Assembly: GCA_010093605.1 (NCBI GenBank)
Contig: MU004181.1
Coordinates: 2,666,001-2,730,000 of the forward strand
Length of the DNA stretch: 64,000 nucleotides
Direction of reading: 5' to 3'
From: Lophium mytilinum
Taxonomy: Eukaryota
Shown here piece by piece: positions 1 through 12,155 of this stretch. The position numbers and the translations under genes are program-made. The first letter of the stretch is position 1, and every line of letters begins with the position of its first letter. Under the pieces are notes generated by a model. That model was not told the origin of the DNA. It worked only from the letters and a program-made list of their open reading frames with translations, and did no database searches.

Positions 1-126
1 TCCGTGTGGCTGGAGCAGCGAGGTGGCAAAGAGAAGGGAAACCCGTGTCTTCGTATCAATCATTGGCCTTGTTCGAAGTGGTAGCAAGATTGACCAAACG
101 AAATACATCCCATCGTTCAATAGACA

Positions 127-2021
127 TTAATATGTGAAAGATTCCTCCACGAAGTCAATGTTCTTCACACAGACCCGTCGCCTTACCGCAGCCCTCACCA
201 TATCCGCAAAGGCCCCAGGCCCGCAGACTGTGACTACCATCGCCCCGACTTGGTCCAGGATCTCCGCATCTATCACGTCGCTGGCGGTGCACCTCCCTCG
301 CCGCACTTCTATACCCTCGGGTAAGAGTTTAGTGTCGAGGTCTGAATTCTTGCCGGACACATAGAGGATGACCTGGAGGACGTCCTTGCGATCCCGCATC
401 GCCATAATCTCTTCCAGCCATCGCCCAGTCCACTCGAGTATGTCAGTACTGCGGATGGACCAGATGAGCACGACTCTCTGCGCGGCGGCGGTGCCAGTAG
501 TGTGTCCGGCTAGCAGGTGACGCACGAAGGAGATCTGATGCGTGATACCGACGCCGCCGGCAAAGAGAAGCACCGTCCCGTACGAGTCCAGGGAGTTAAA
601 CCCGCCGTAGGGCCCTTCGATTGCGCCCCAAGTAGTCAGGGTCTTATTGGGTTGAAGGGATGCTTTCTTGTGTAGGGACCGCGTCATGCCGGTGCGAGCG
701 CGGACCACAAGAGAAACAGTACTGCTAGCTGTCTTGATTCTCAGGTCTCCAATTGAGGATGGTAGTTTTTCAGATTCGCTCGCTAGGGGCTGAGGTTCGA
801 CCCATGCGACGGAAAATGGATGCGAGCACCAGAAAGATATCGACGGCAGGTAGACGTGGACGTGCGAGCCGGGATTCCCGGTCCAGGGGCGAGTGAGGTG
901 AAATTTCAAGCGGCATGCCTCTCCAGGAAGAGCTTCGACCGTAGTCTTAGTGATTGCTCGGTTTCTGAATAGCCCGGAGGTATTGAAGTACACGACTCGG
1001 AAGAATCGGAAAACATATTCGGCGGCCAGGATAGCGATGATGATATAGGCCCAATACAACTGTGGCAGTGCGTGCTGCTTCAAGTGCCAGTATACGCCAA
1101 TGATCACGTGGATGATCAAAACGCGATGGATAACAAGGAACGTCTCGTAGAATGCGTGTCGCAAAGGAGACCACGTTTGGATCGTTATCAGCAAGAACGC
1201 GATGGAGGCCATGAGCCCCCATTTATAACTTGCAGCTTGGTTTATGATCCACATTGCGCCTTTCCAGTCTCCGACCCTCAAAGTATTGTAGAGCCATGCC
1301 GCAATATGGGCCAAAACCTCCAGAAAGACGATAGTTGCTAGCCACCGATGGAAGAGATTGAATGTGTCGTAGCTGATATGAAATATCCAAATAAATGGAT
1401 TGTTTCGGAGTGCGAAGAGGATCGTTGGGATGAGGTTCAGTACTGCTAGAGTACCAGACCGACCTCGTAGTGTTGCAACGAGAAACGGTGCGTCGGCAGT
1501 TTTCCAAGGTAGAATCAAACAATATGCTAGATTAGATGCGAAGTACCCTAATAAGAGTATTGTGTGCATCCGTGAAGGTAGTGTACCAAATGTTATGGCA
1601 CTGGACAGTTGAATTTCGGAGTTGTGGCGATTTTTCCAAAGAGGGGCATATAACAGGTGTTCCTTCAATCGAGGGAACCATTTCCAGCGGTTCGTGGCCC
1701 ATATTGCTTGCCTAGCCGGGTTTGTCGCCGCAGCAACATGTCGTCTTTCTGCTTGAAACCCACGTCCTACTCGATACACGAGAATGACAATAGTGACAAG
1801 AAGTAGAGTCGTAAGCAAAACGTTGACAAGGAGATTGTTTTGAGGTTGATTGACTCCGCTTAGGCCATGGGAATATCTACAATATGTTAGCAATGGGGCG
1901 CAGAAATGCTGAAAGAATTGTAATACTTGTACTGGTCGTCAGGGTGTGTAGGAGCGTAAATATCGTTTATATCTACATGTGTTGGGTAAGAGGCCTGGAC
2001 ACCTTTCGATGTCGTAGCCAT
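127..2021 (-). CDS. Ferric/cupric reductase transmembrane component (FRE family); predicted intron 1877-1932
   Basis: Heme His pairs (FHRW...LAHI; IHRV...YWH), FAD motif HPFS, NADPH motifs AGGVGIT and CGP, C-terminal EESFTY. ATG at 2021 splices in frame through a GTACAA...GCTAAC...TAG intron. Confidence 0.93.
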
Positions 2022-2599
2022 TGTTGATACAGTGTGTCTGAGAAGATCGTGCAGTTTGCAAAAGAAACAAGCGTCTCGAAAAGGCTCACAAGCAGTTGTC
2101 GAGGCTGAGCGGTGCGATCTTCAGTTGCGTCACACTCAAGAATCTCCACCCTCAGCGCTAAAAGCTCGATTCGGCTTGAATCATAGGTGTTCGCATCAAG
2201 AACCAGCCGTTGCAGCCCATATGTAGAAATCACGCGGGTCCCTAACTGAGTAAGTAATACCCGGCCAGCACAGTCTTCTATATCTTGGCGTCTCCTTCAT
2301 TTGGGAGAGGGGGAGGCACCACCCGACAACGTTGCAATATTGCTTCTAGACCAACTCGAGCGACACAAGCCTGTGAGATCTAACAGCCTGTGCGGACACT
2401 AGAACTAGGGTAAACGCAAATACTTAGTTTTCTTTGGTGGATATTGGGATTTCGGGGTGCCGGGTGGTATGAGGCGTGGAAATGACTATCCGCATGAAAA
2501 TTTGTCAAGGAAAGTCGATGAATTTGGTGAGAAAGCCGGTTCAACTTTCTCAACAATCGAGTATGATTGTCCTTTACGCATAGTAGCTCGTACATCCCT

Positions 2600-3700
2600 A
2601 GAAGCGGGAACTAGATGAGTGGAGACTTGTGGCCATGCGTGATGGCGAAAAATCACTACAACGACGTGTGTTTCGATGCTTTGACGGTTCCACCTCTAAG
2701 GCAACGACCTTATGGCCTTGCAACATTAGGCGAAGCACGCACATAGACACAAGTTTTGTGCAAGCGGTCCGTCTTGAAGCCTCTACTGAGAGGATTGAGG
2801 TAGTGTTGTTGATGCATATCCCAAAGGTCGTTCGGACAAACTCCAGCTTCCGCCCCGACGAAATGTAGATACGATTCGTCCGCAGATCATAGTAGTAGAT
2901 CTAGATGATATTGAAACGAATATTTTTGGGGCCGGCCCGAGAACGTTCATAAGATGGACCCACATCTTGGATCATTGGACCGTTGTTCTCAACAAATCAA
3001 ATTAGAGAATGAGTATCGTTCCTGTACTAACGCCTTCTTGACCATGGAAAGGCTAGCGATACTCGGGCAAGTATCGAGATGGTCGCATAGTAACGGGATC
3101 ATCCACTTCCATGGAATGGGGGATGGTTCGATCCCCTTCAATGATTGGACATGGCTGAGCGTAAGTTTGCTTTGCAGGGCTTCGATGAGGCCCTGGGTAA
3201 TCGATTCCGGAAGGGGATGCAAGTACTCCGCAGCCGGAAAGTGGTGTTGGGGAATGACACATCGATGTTGAAGAGGATATCGGAAAGCTTTGATTTTAGA
3301 ACTAGTAAATTGAAACGCTTTGATAGACACGCTACCATGGGTGAACATTCAGATTGCATATAGGTAATTAATGACAGTACACCTCATAGGTAGTGTATTA
3401 GGGAAGGAGTCCTGTTGCGACACAGACGCATCACGGCGAATTAGACGATAACTGAGGTATGTAAATGCCACTCACATGATACAATCAAGCTCATTCGCGA
3501 GTTCTTAGTTGTGACAAGACAGCTTCCTATCTCTTGGAAGTCCAGAACATCGGACCGCGTGAAAAGTGGAGCCTCGCGCAGTATGTGCTGGGACTAGGCA
3601 TGTCACTCACCCGGTACGGATGAAGTGAGCCAATCTCATGCATAGCATCTAGAGGACCTTCGTACAACGTTAAGGTCCAGTCAACGAGGTAGTTTTCTCC
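2600..3700 (-). pseudogene. Possible decayed gene relic of unknown family
   Basis: Intron-like segment 3412-3475 (GTGAGT...TCTAAT...CAG) followed by a frame that joins ORF 2989-3348 across one TGA and continues past further stops; no recognisable motif. Confidence 0.25.
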
Positions 3701-4438
3701 CGTGCCGGATTTGCATGTGCCTCGTCAGATTTCAGTTTTCGAGTCCTGCGCCTGTTTTGTGAAGTCATAAGACGCCTTGCCCGCCGTTGGATCCGCATCC
3801 CAGATGTTATGATGATCCCGCGAAGAGCAAGGATGTTAAAGTCGCCAAAGGCTTAATCCAACGGCCTCCACATTCCTTTCGTGTGGTGTTTAGAAGGCTC
3901 TGTGCGAAATAGCATCGAGTGCAGGAGTTGTGCATTATTAAACATCGTACTGGAACGGCCTTCCGTGATGAAGATTACTCATAGTGTCGTTATTGAAGTT
4001 GAGAAGATGGATGCGGAAGAAAACTGATGATGCGGGAGCCTGGGACCGTGGGATCCACTGGAGTACCAACTGTGGTTTAGTAAGCAATCCACGTGCACTC
4101 ATCTGTCTTGCATCGCAGTATTTGTCGTTACTAACAGTCTCTTGTGCATTTACGCATTACTTCGCAGAGTTTCAGGTCCCTATAAGTGGGATAGTGTCTG
4201 AATCAAGTTTTGCAGTTCGTATCGCGATTGTAATGAAGTTCGGATATCATAAAGCTTCGCTCCTAGAGATATTTACATCTCCCATAGTTAAGAACAGCAA
4301 AATCATCAGCTCTCTCAGTAACCAGAACCCTCTCAGTAACCAGAAACACGTTCGTCCGAAAAGCCTCCTCACCTCAATATAATGGAACGATCACATTTAC
4401 CAGTGCCATTACAATCCCCAGGCCCTGTTGGTACTCTT

Positions 4439-6526
4439 TCACTTTGACGCCTTGACCTTCTTCACTGGTCGCAAATTGTGTTTGTTGCGGTCAGTTTCGC
4501 CCTCAACTAAGGCGCCGACCTTCCTCTTGTTGCCGTTCTTGGCGGTCGAGCTGGCGGTAGATAGCTTCTTCACTGCTCGCAACTTATGGCTATTGCCGTC
4601 AGTTTCGCCTTCTCCCAAGGTGCTAGCCTTCCTCTTGTTGCCATCTTTGCCGTTGGAGCTGGTAGTATACGTTTTTCTCACTGCTCGGGACTGGTGGCTG
4701 TTGCCCTCAGTTTCGCCTTCGCCCAAAGTGCTCGCCTTCCTCTTGTTGCCGTTCGTGTCGGTGGCGCTGGCGGTAGTTGTCTTCTGGGCTGCGGCTGACT
4801 TGTGGTTGTCGCCGTCAGCTTCGCCTTCTCCCAAGGTGCTAGCCTTCCCCGTATTATCGTGCTTGCTGATGGCTCTGGCGGTGGACGTCTTCTGGGTTGT
4901 GGCTGACTTGTGGTTGTCACCGTTAGCTTCGCCTTCTCCCAAGGTGCTAGTCTTCCTCGTGTTGTCGTGCTTGCTGCTGGCTCTGGCGGTGGACGTCTTT
5001 GCTGTGACTGACTTTGGTGCCACATTGATGTTCGATTGACTGCTAGAATTTCTAGTCGCAACACCCGGTTCTTTCACACCATGCTGGACCTCTGCCCCCT
5101 GACTATCGTCCCTCGTATACTCCGCATCTGCTGCATCAGGATCAAAATCCGCCGGCACCGTGAGGTCCTCGTCCCGCTCTTTCTCAAGCTGTTGGACCTT
5201 CTCCTCCAGTTTGGTGGCACGGCCCCGCTCGTCCAATAACATATTGTACACCGTTTGCTTAGACAGCTCCTTATTTTCGGCGTCGACTCTGAACTGATTT
5301 CGCTCTTGGTTTGCTACATCGAGCTGACTTTGTAGATCTCTTAGCTGCTGCTTAAGCGTGCCGTTCTCCTCGCACTTTTCGTTGTAGGCGCTGGTGTGAG
5401 TCCCGATGATGGTTCGAATCGACTTGCTTCCGCCCGTAAGCTTTAGATCGTTTTCTAATGTCGCGATATCTGCGTTTGCTTTCTGAAGCTTCTCCGCTAG
5501 CTCTGCTGCGGCCTCTATCTCATTCATGGCTCGAAATATTGTAGTGGTGTTGAGATCGATTTGACTCTTGATGTTGTCTGTTGCTGCCTGCATATTTCGG
5601 ATTTTGTTATCTTTCTCGTCCTTGGCCTGTGCGGTTGCTGTGGAACTTTCATCAGTGGCCTCGAGAGTGGTCTCGACATGATGTTGTAAGTCTGCCGCCG
5701 TCTCTTGCAAATAACGTACCATTACATCGCAGCTGGCGTTGGAGTCGTGACTCGTGATCAATCGCTGGGTAAGCTCAACCATGCGCTGTTTATACATTTC
5801 AAGCTGGCTGTGGAGCGTCGTGTGCGCCTCTTCGCCTTGGGCAATGTTGGTGCGTAACTCTGCGACCAACGCCTCGTGCTGCTTCTGCTTGTCGTCTGCG
5901 CCTGTTTGAGCGAAGAGAAGCATATCATTCTTCTCAGCGAGCTCCTTCTCACACGTGGCAAACTTTCGGGCGGCCTCTCCAGCACAGCGCTGATGCTGTG
6001 CGAGCTCGCGGCTTCGGGTCTTGACCTCAGCGTCCTTCTGAGCGAGAGAACCTTTGAGCTCGTCGATCTGACTCTGGAGCCTCCTAGAATCTTCTGTACC
6101 CTTGGATACCTTCTCCTCCAACTTCTCGACAACTGTTCCGTGCGTTTTCTCTAAATCCTCGACCCGTGAGTTGATCTTCTTCTCCTCCTCCAATAGCTTC
6201 TTCCTCGTGCTTTCTTGATCGGCGCTAGCTTTCGCCTTCTCTGTCGCGAGCAACGCTTCCAACTCGGACTTCTCACGCTCACAGGTAGTCAGGTCTTGAG
6301 TGACCTGCTCGAGTGCTGCTTCTAGCTCCTTATGCTGTTTTACGGCCTCGCGCATGCCCTCCTTGATGCGGTCAAGCCCGGTTAGGCTGCTCTTTCGCAT
6401 ACTGTCCCTATGCGCATTGAAGTGTGGAATGTTTTTCAGGCTGGGTGGTGGCGAGGGTCGGTCGGTTGAAGGAGTGAATGGCTCACGAGGACCTGAATTC
6501 TTGATGGCTTCGCGACGTTCTGCCAT
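4439..6526 (-). CDS. Orphan long coiled-coil protein with basic C-terminal tandem repeats
   Basis: Uninterrupted ORF; E/K/Q/L heptad-like region of about 450 aa; likely ATG at 6526 (MAERREAIK); five 36-aa repeats at the C-terminus. Confidence 0.8.
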   Translation of the reverse strand: MAERREAIKNSGPREPFTPSTDRPSPPPSLKNIPHFNAHRDSMRKSSLTGLDRIKEGMREAVKQHKELEAALEQVTQDLTTCEREKSELEALLATEKAKASADQESTRKKLLEEEKKINSRVEDLEKTHGTVVEKLEEKVSKGTEDSRRLQSQIDELKGSLAQKDAEVKTRSRELAQHQRCAGEAARKFATCEKELAEKNDMLLFAQTGADDKQKQHEALVAELRTNIAQGEEAHTTLHSQLEMYKQRMVELTQRLITSHDSNASCDVMVRYLQETAADLQHHVETTLEATDESSTATAQAKDEKDNKIRNMQAATDNIKSQIDLNTTTIFRAMNEIEAAAELAEKLQKANADIATLENDLKLTGGSKSIRTIIGTHTSAYNEKCEENGTLKQQLRDLQSQLDVANQERNQFRVDAENKELSKQTVYNMLLDERGRATKLEEKVQQLEKERDEDLTVPADFDPDAADAEYTRDDSQGAEVQHGVKEPGVATRNSSSQSNINVAPKSVTAKTSTARASSKHDNTRKTSTLGEGEANGDNHKSATTQKTSTARAISKHDNTGKASTLGEGEADGDNHKSAAAQKTTTASATDTNGNKRKASTLGEGETEGNSHQSRAVRKTYTTSSNGKDGNKRKASTLGEGETDGNSHKLRAVKKLSTASSTAKNGNKRKVGALVEGETDRNKHNLRPVKKVKASK
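4460..4999 (-). repeat. Coding tandem repeat, 5 x 108 bp (36 aa)
   Basis: Units such as KTSTARASSKHDNTRKTSTLGEGEANGDNHKSATTQ and KTTTASATDTNGNKRKASTLGEGETEGNSHQSRAVR, visible in protein and DNA. Confidence 0.92.
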
Positions 6527-7315
6527 CGTACAATGATCGCAAACTGGGTGTGATATGAGTGTTGTGTTAGAACAGATGTGGTTGGCTGCGTTGGAGCTGC
6601 TGATGTTTTCCCGATGGAGAGGTGTGGGCGTGGGGCGCTGAAATAGTGGCTGGGAGTTAGAACCTGTCGTTAGCCACTTGCAGCCGCGGTGAATCGATAA
6701 TAGCACAATAAGAACGTCTAAGACAGTGTGAGCAACACTAGGAGTATTCAAGAAGCGCAGACGCTAGCGGAGCGACCACATAGTTTCCAGCGCATTTGCG
6801 CCCGTCAAAACATCACGATTAGAAGCTCGGCATGACCTGGCAAGACATTAATAGCTACTTGACAGTCGTAGAGGGCCTCGGTACCTTGAAATTATACAGA
6901 TTTGATCTAATTCAGAGCCTACAGACTGTTCCAATCAACCGTGATTCACAGACTGCTACTGCACATACCAGACAAAGGGAGTCACGAGCAAGTCGAAAAG
7001 GTCGTTGCCTAGCCAGAGGAAGCCCGCCTGGACGCATCAATGAGATGACATTGAGGCGAAGTTGAATACCTTAATGGCGGGGTAGCAGAAAGAGAGAAGA
7101 TGATAACAACAGACCGACCGAAATTTACTTTCGTGGCCTGCAAGATCCAAAACGCCGCGCAAAACCAAACAACCTCCCATGTTACATGAAGGCGGTTGAG
7201 GGCCTTCATGGTAAAAACAACGCTGAAATGCGAGAATGAGTGCCTCCAGAATCCAATCTCCTAACATGACAACGAAACTTTGTGGATAGACGTCCTTCTG
7301 GGGAACAGGGACGGC

Positions 7316-7810
7316 TCATTGCTCCGTCCAGTGGACGGGTTCGATCTTCTCAACTTCGATCTTCTCTCTCGGCTTTCTTGGCGACGACGACGATGACGTT
7401 CCGAAGCAGCTACAGACTGCCCTCATTCGTTGACTAAACGACACAGAGCCAGGAGATCGAGCTTCCTCAGAGGCTGAACGTATCGGGGAATTGCGGCCTC
7501 CTGGGGGGGACGACCCAGACCGCTTCCCATGCCGGGACCGGGATCGGGACTTCGACGGCGAGGGTGGTTGAGACGGAATTAGGGTCATCTCCGCTACGAA
7601 TGTGGGAGAAGTAAAGGCGGAAGGAGGTTGAGAAGAGCCGTCGAATCTGGGTGACCGTATGCTCGTCGCATCGCTGGTTGAGCTGGGAGAGCGGGGCACG
7701 GGACCTCGAGGCTGGCCATGAGGGGAAAGCATTGGGCCTTGTCGTGGACGCGGCGAGATGGTGATGCCGGCCCCTGAGAATTGTTGACGTTGGGGCTCTA
7801 GGGATGGCAT
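7316..7810 (-). CDS. Small Ser/Pro/Arg-rich disordered hypothetical protein
   Basis: ATG-initiated 164-aa ORF with many SP sites, a CSCF motif and a compact C-terminus EKIEPVHWTEQ; pyrimidine-rich leader upstream. Confidence 0.6.
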   Translation of the reverse strand: MPSLEPQRQQFSGAGITISPRPRQGPMLSPHGQPRGPVPRSPSSTSDATSIRSPRFDGSSQPPSAFTSPTFVAEMTLIPSQPPSPSKSRSRSRHGKRSGSSPPGGRNSPIRSASEEARSPGSVSFSQRMRAVCSCFGTSSSSSPRKPREKIEVEKIEPVHWTEQ

Positions 7811-10103
7811 ATTGGCTCGTGTGGGAGTGATGAAGTGTAGAATGGCTGAGTGGGTATAGTAATAGTTGTACAGGAAAGAGAGGGCGTTTGAGATAAGATG
7901 ACTCTATACTCCCGGGGGCTTATGGCGTCTATGAAATGGCGATCGCAATGATATAGTCCGTCCACGCCGCAAAGACGATGTCCACGCCGCAATAACGAAG
8001 GACGCAGGCGAATGAATGCCAGTGAAACGGCGTCTACCGAGCAAGGGGTGCGACTAAACAAAGAAAAACAGGCATCGCCATGATTGATGGGGCAATGTTT
8101 GACGCCTGGGAGGGTGGCAGGCTGCTGTGCCTCACTGCCGCAGAGCTGTTGGATTCGGGAGTGGGTCCAATGGCTACGGCGGCGAAACGCGCTCACCGTG
8201 AAGGATGACAGCTGCATCCGTCGGATGTTTGATGCATGGGCAATCTACGCTGCAGTGCCCTTCGTAGAGGTGTGGGAGTCAAGCATGCTGCCGCCAGGGG
8301 GTCAGTGGGTCTGCCTCTTTCTCCGTAAAGACTGTATAGTGCCATGATTAGGGTGGGATAGTCTAAGAACTTGTACGCAATACGCAATACCTAAGTAGCC
8401 TCTCCGCCACGTCCTCATCTTTCCAACCACGTCCTGAAACCTTTCTTGCGTGCTTCTTCGGCTGCCGGGACGCTACTGATATCTCTTCATGCTCTTAATA
8501 TAGAGTACAGGGAGCGTTACTGGCTGATCATTGCCTTGTCTCCTTCCCAATTATACCTAGAAGATAGAGCTGCCTCTCTCGTCTACACGGCGTCTGACTG
8601 GCAGATCGCATGTGTTTCCATCCATTGGCCGATAGTAGTGCTGCACGACATTCAGGGAGCGCATGAAGACCCATGGCGCCTCTAACGGCCCGGAATGCGA
8701 CGAATGCCCCCTGTCATAGCCTACATTGCGCGAAGGATTTACCACCTGATGCCATATCTCCCCGCAACTTTCCGTTGTCGCACCATAGAGCTACATTTCG
8801 TCGGACGCATGCAAGCCGCCCCTGTCGTTATACTTTTTGTGAGGTTTCTGGTATCCTCGACAAAGGCGTCTATTTCCCCACTATTCTGGGAAGGCCAACA
8901 TGCACGACCCACTCTGCCTTGCTGTTTCGAAACAGAGCGACTACGCCGCCAACAGTTTTTGGGCTGTGGAGTTTCAGGCTGTTTGTTATTCGAACAAGCG
9001 CTGAGCCTCGGAGTCCCCTGCATAGCTCACCTTATTTACGAGTATCGAGCGCTTATCGGAGGGCTGCGCCGCAATGTGAAATCCAAACAGAAGGATTTAA
9101 TTTCGACGTTGCGCCGACCCGTCTCCTCGGGATAAAAGCTGCGGAGGTGCACTGATCAAGAGGCGCGCGGTGGACTGGGTGGCACAGCTGTCTTGTTAAG
9201 AACTCTAGGGCTACCTGGAGGACCGTCCGCTCAAATTACATTGACTTTCCCCTGTCATACTACACTTCTCTCCTGACGCTTTTTCACGAGCTTCTATTGA
9301 AGTGACGATCTTCCGGTTCCCTATCCATTCCTCCAAAAGAACGCGGTCTAAAGCTTACACGACTTGGTGGCAATAATCAAGTTTTCACTGACCCAGCTGT
9401 AGACCTACTTCAAGCCTTTCCGGGCCAACCGACCGTGGTCTCGGAAGCGTAAGTACATGGGGAGATGGTCGCCCGCAGCGAAGTGCTAAACTATCATACA
9501 CAAAGAGAGTCGGGAGTCAAGGGCTTGAACGAGGCAGTGTAGGTATAGGAAGAGAGGTATATTTACGGTTCTTGAGAATTAGGCCTTCCCGGAGATATGA
9601 AACAGGCGTGATTTGAAGGCGGGAGAAACAGTTCAGCTCATGCGCTGACAAGTACTGTCGTGCGACAAGAACACAACTTTCCATCCTAATGCATCACCAG
9701 CAGGGCTAGGACCCCATGAGAAACATCAATGTTACTCTGCTTAGAAAGTATACATGATGTAGCTTAGCAGATCTTGTTCAGTTCTCAGCACGCTTTTTTT
9801 TACCCATGTTCTGTGCATCGTCCCAAATCATCTCTTGGGCAAGCCGCTTTAGCTCCGCGTGGCTGACTACTCGCCGAAAGACGTCTAGGTTGGTGCGATT
9901 CGGAGAGATATTTACGCGGCTTATGGGGAGCATGGCTTGCGCTGTGAGATTGCTACATGGGAACAACGCCTCCCTGATGTTTTTCTGCGCGAGGAGGCCT
10001 TACATTGTTTGCGGGACATTATTCCTCTACTGGGGATACGTGATGAGACATATCGTGGAAGACGTAACCTCTGAAAGATACTCTTTCAGTGCTCATATAT
10101 ATA

Positions 10104-10408
10104 TGATAAGAGTTAGAGGATGATTGAGTAGTAGGCAGGTAGGTAGGTAGGTTCCAAGGTTAGGTAGGTATCGTCTCGATTCGGTCTCTGCGCCACATCG
10201 GAGCCTTTCTCTCAGCCACACGGCTCATCCCACGCTCTTATCTCCCACCTCTCCCATCCTAGAATTGCAAAGGGTTCCCTCTCCGCCTCGCACAGAACGA
10301 CCAAAGCTCCGATCGCGCTAAACTGGTTGTTGAAGATGGCTTTCTGCACTTGCACCGTTTCATCATGGCTCAACCAATAACATCTTTTGTGGCCAGGCAC
10401 AATGATAA
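10104..10408. promoter_or_regulatory. Three HGATAR sites upstream of the ammonium transporter (candidate AreA/Nit2 sites)
   Basis: TGATAA at 10104 and 10403, TTATCT at 10238. GATA control of fungal Amt genes is established, but 6-mers occur often by chance. Confidence 0.35.
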
Positions 10409-10540
10409 GACCTGGCCTAGTACCCCTTACACCCGTCGCTGACGACTGTACCACAACCCAACCTCTCAATCTTCATTCTTACCAAGGAGAAATCCAAATC
10501 AATTGTCTCGATCGTTCATTTTCCCCTCGTCTCCTACGTC

Positions 10541-12024
10541 ATGGTAGTCTCAGCGGTCCAGCAGGCCTGGGAAGCCTGCGATAAGACAGACACAGCCTTC
10601 ATCCTCGTCTGTAGCGTCTTCTGCTGGCCAATTATTCCTGCCGTCGGTCTCGCGTATTCTGGCTACTCGACGCGTAGAAGCGGGCTAGCATCATTCATGC
10701 CTTCAGTGCTTGCGGTGGGAACGTGTTCTATTCAGTGGTGGCTTATCGGGTACTCTCTGGCGTACGGGGAGGGCTCCGGGGTAATTGGAGACTTCAAATA
10801 CGCCTTCCATCGCGGCGTTTTGTCCGAGCCCGTTGGGACGATACCCGCTATACTGTTTTCAGAGTTCCAACTCATTTTCTGTGCTACCGTCTGTGCAATT
10901 GCGGTTGGCGGGAGCTGTGAGAGAGGGAGGTTGTTGCCATTGATACCATTCATTTTCGTAAGTCTTGATTCCCCCCCCCCCCGGACAATCCCGTGAGACC
11001 TAATTGAACGCACTTCCCAGCTCTGGGCAACCTTCATATACTGTCCCCTGGCGCACATGGTTTGGTCCGACACTGGTTTCCTAGGCGCAATGGGCGCGCT
11101 TGACTTTGCCGGCGGTACTCCCGTCCACATCTGCAGCGGCGCCACAGCAACAGCGCTTTCGCTCTATCTCTCATATCCCCTCTTCCGTTCCAAGAAATCA
11201 GACATCCGCACCCCGTCCCATCTAGCCCTCCACCGCCCCCACAACACCATCTGCCAAGCCATTGCCATGATTATCATCTGGGGCTCATGGCTCGCCTTCG
11301 ACGCCGGCACCACTCTGAGCCTCAACTTCAAGTCCGTGATGGCCATGTGCGTGACCAATCTCTGCGCATCTGCAGGCGCAATCACGTGGGCATGCTTAAC
11401 GTACTACGAGACGGGAAAGTGGTCGCTGGATTCCACCTTCATGGGCGCGATTTCGGGGTTGGTTCTGATTACGCCTTCGGCGGGCTTTATCGATCTTACC
11501 ACTTCGTTCTTCTTTGGGGTCGTGGGTGCGCTGATCTGTCGTCAGGCGCTCAGGTTCAAGTTCACTGACTTCGCGAGACGAATCAGGTGGGTAGATAACG
11601 GGGATACATTTGCTACGCATTGTGTTGGTGGGTTCGTGGGGACGATTGCGACGGGGCTCTTTGCGCAGAAAGCGGTGGCGGCGTATGATGGGGCGACGGA
11701 GATTGAGGGAGGGGTCTTCTTCGATGGGAATGTGAAGCAGCTTGGGATCCAGATTTTGGAAGCGCTGATTGGGTTCACGTGGTCGTTTGTTGGGTCGTAT
11801 ATCATTATTGCTTTGGTAGACTGCGTGCCGGGGCTTGAGGTGTTGGCGCCAGATGAGTAAGTCAGTTGTATGCCACGGGAATTGCTCTTGCTAATCTTTT
11901 GCCTTACAGGGACGTTGTTGCTGGCATGGATGCTTCTCAGATGGATGAGAGTCTGTACGAGGCACAGTGGGCCGCAGACGCTGACTATCATCCCTTTGCA
12001 AAAGGGAATTTGCGGTTGGATTAG
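10541..12024 (+). CDS. Ammonium transporter (Amt/Mep family); introns 10958-11020 and 11857-11909
   Basis: Motifs FQLIF, AHMVW, LDFAGGTPVH, AISGLVLITPSAG, DTFATHCVGG; both GTAAGT...CAG introns keep frame. Confidence 0.95.
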
Positions 12025-12155
12025 CGATCATAGAACGGTGTACTCATGGCCTTCTGCGTAGGAGCGGTTGTAGATGGGTACAAGTAGGATAGTGTCATAG
12101 TATTGAGAGACAAATTTACAGCTGTTCGATTATAATCCGAATGTATACGACCTCC

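Noticed and set aside
3965..4027. GTGATGA...CTGA, possible box C/D snoRNA
   Set aside because: No terminal stem and no rRNA-complementary guide that I could identify.
4310..4346. Tandem duplication of CTCTCAGTAACCAGAA
   Set aside because: Two copies in a 3' flank; most simply replication slippage.
4428..5039. Plus-strand 203-aa hydrophobic repeat ORF resembling a membrane protein
   Set aside because: Antisense shadow of the Lys/Glu-rich repeat in the minus-strand gene; non-ATG start.
8450..9500. Overlapping 90-160 aa ORFs on both strands
   Set aside because: No recognisable motif or consistent splice model; could be a relic but is unsupported.
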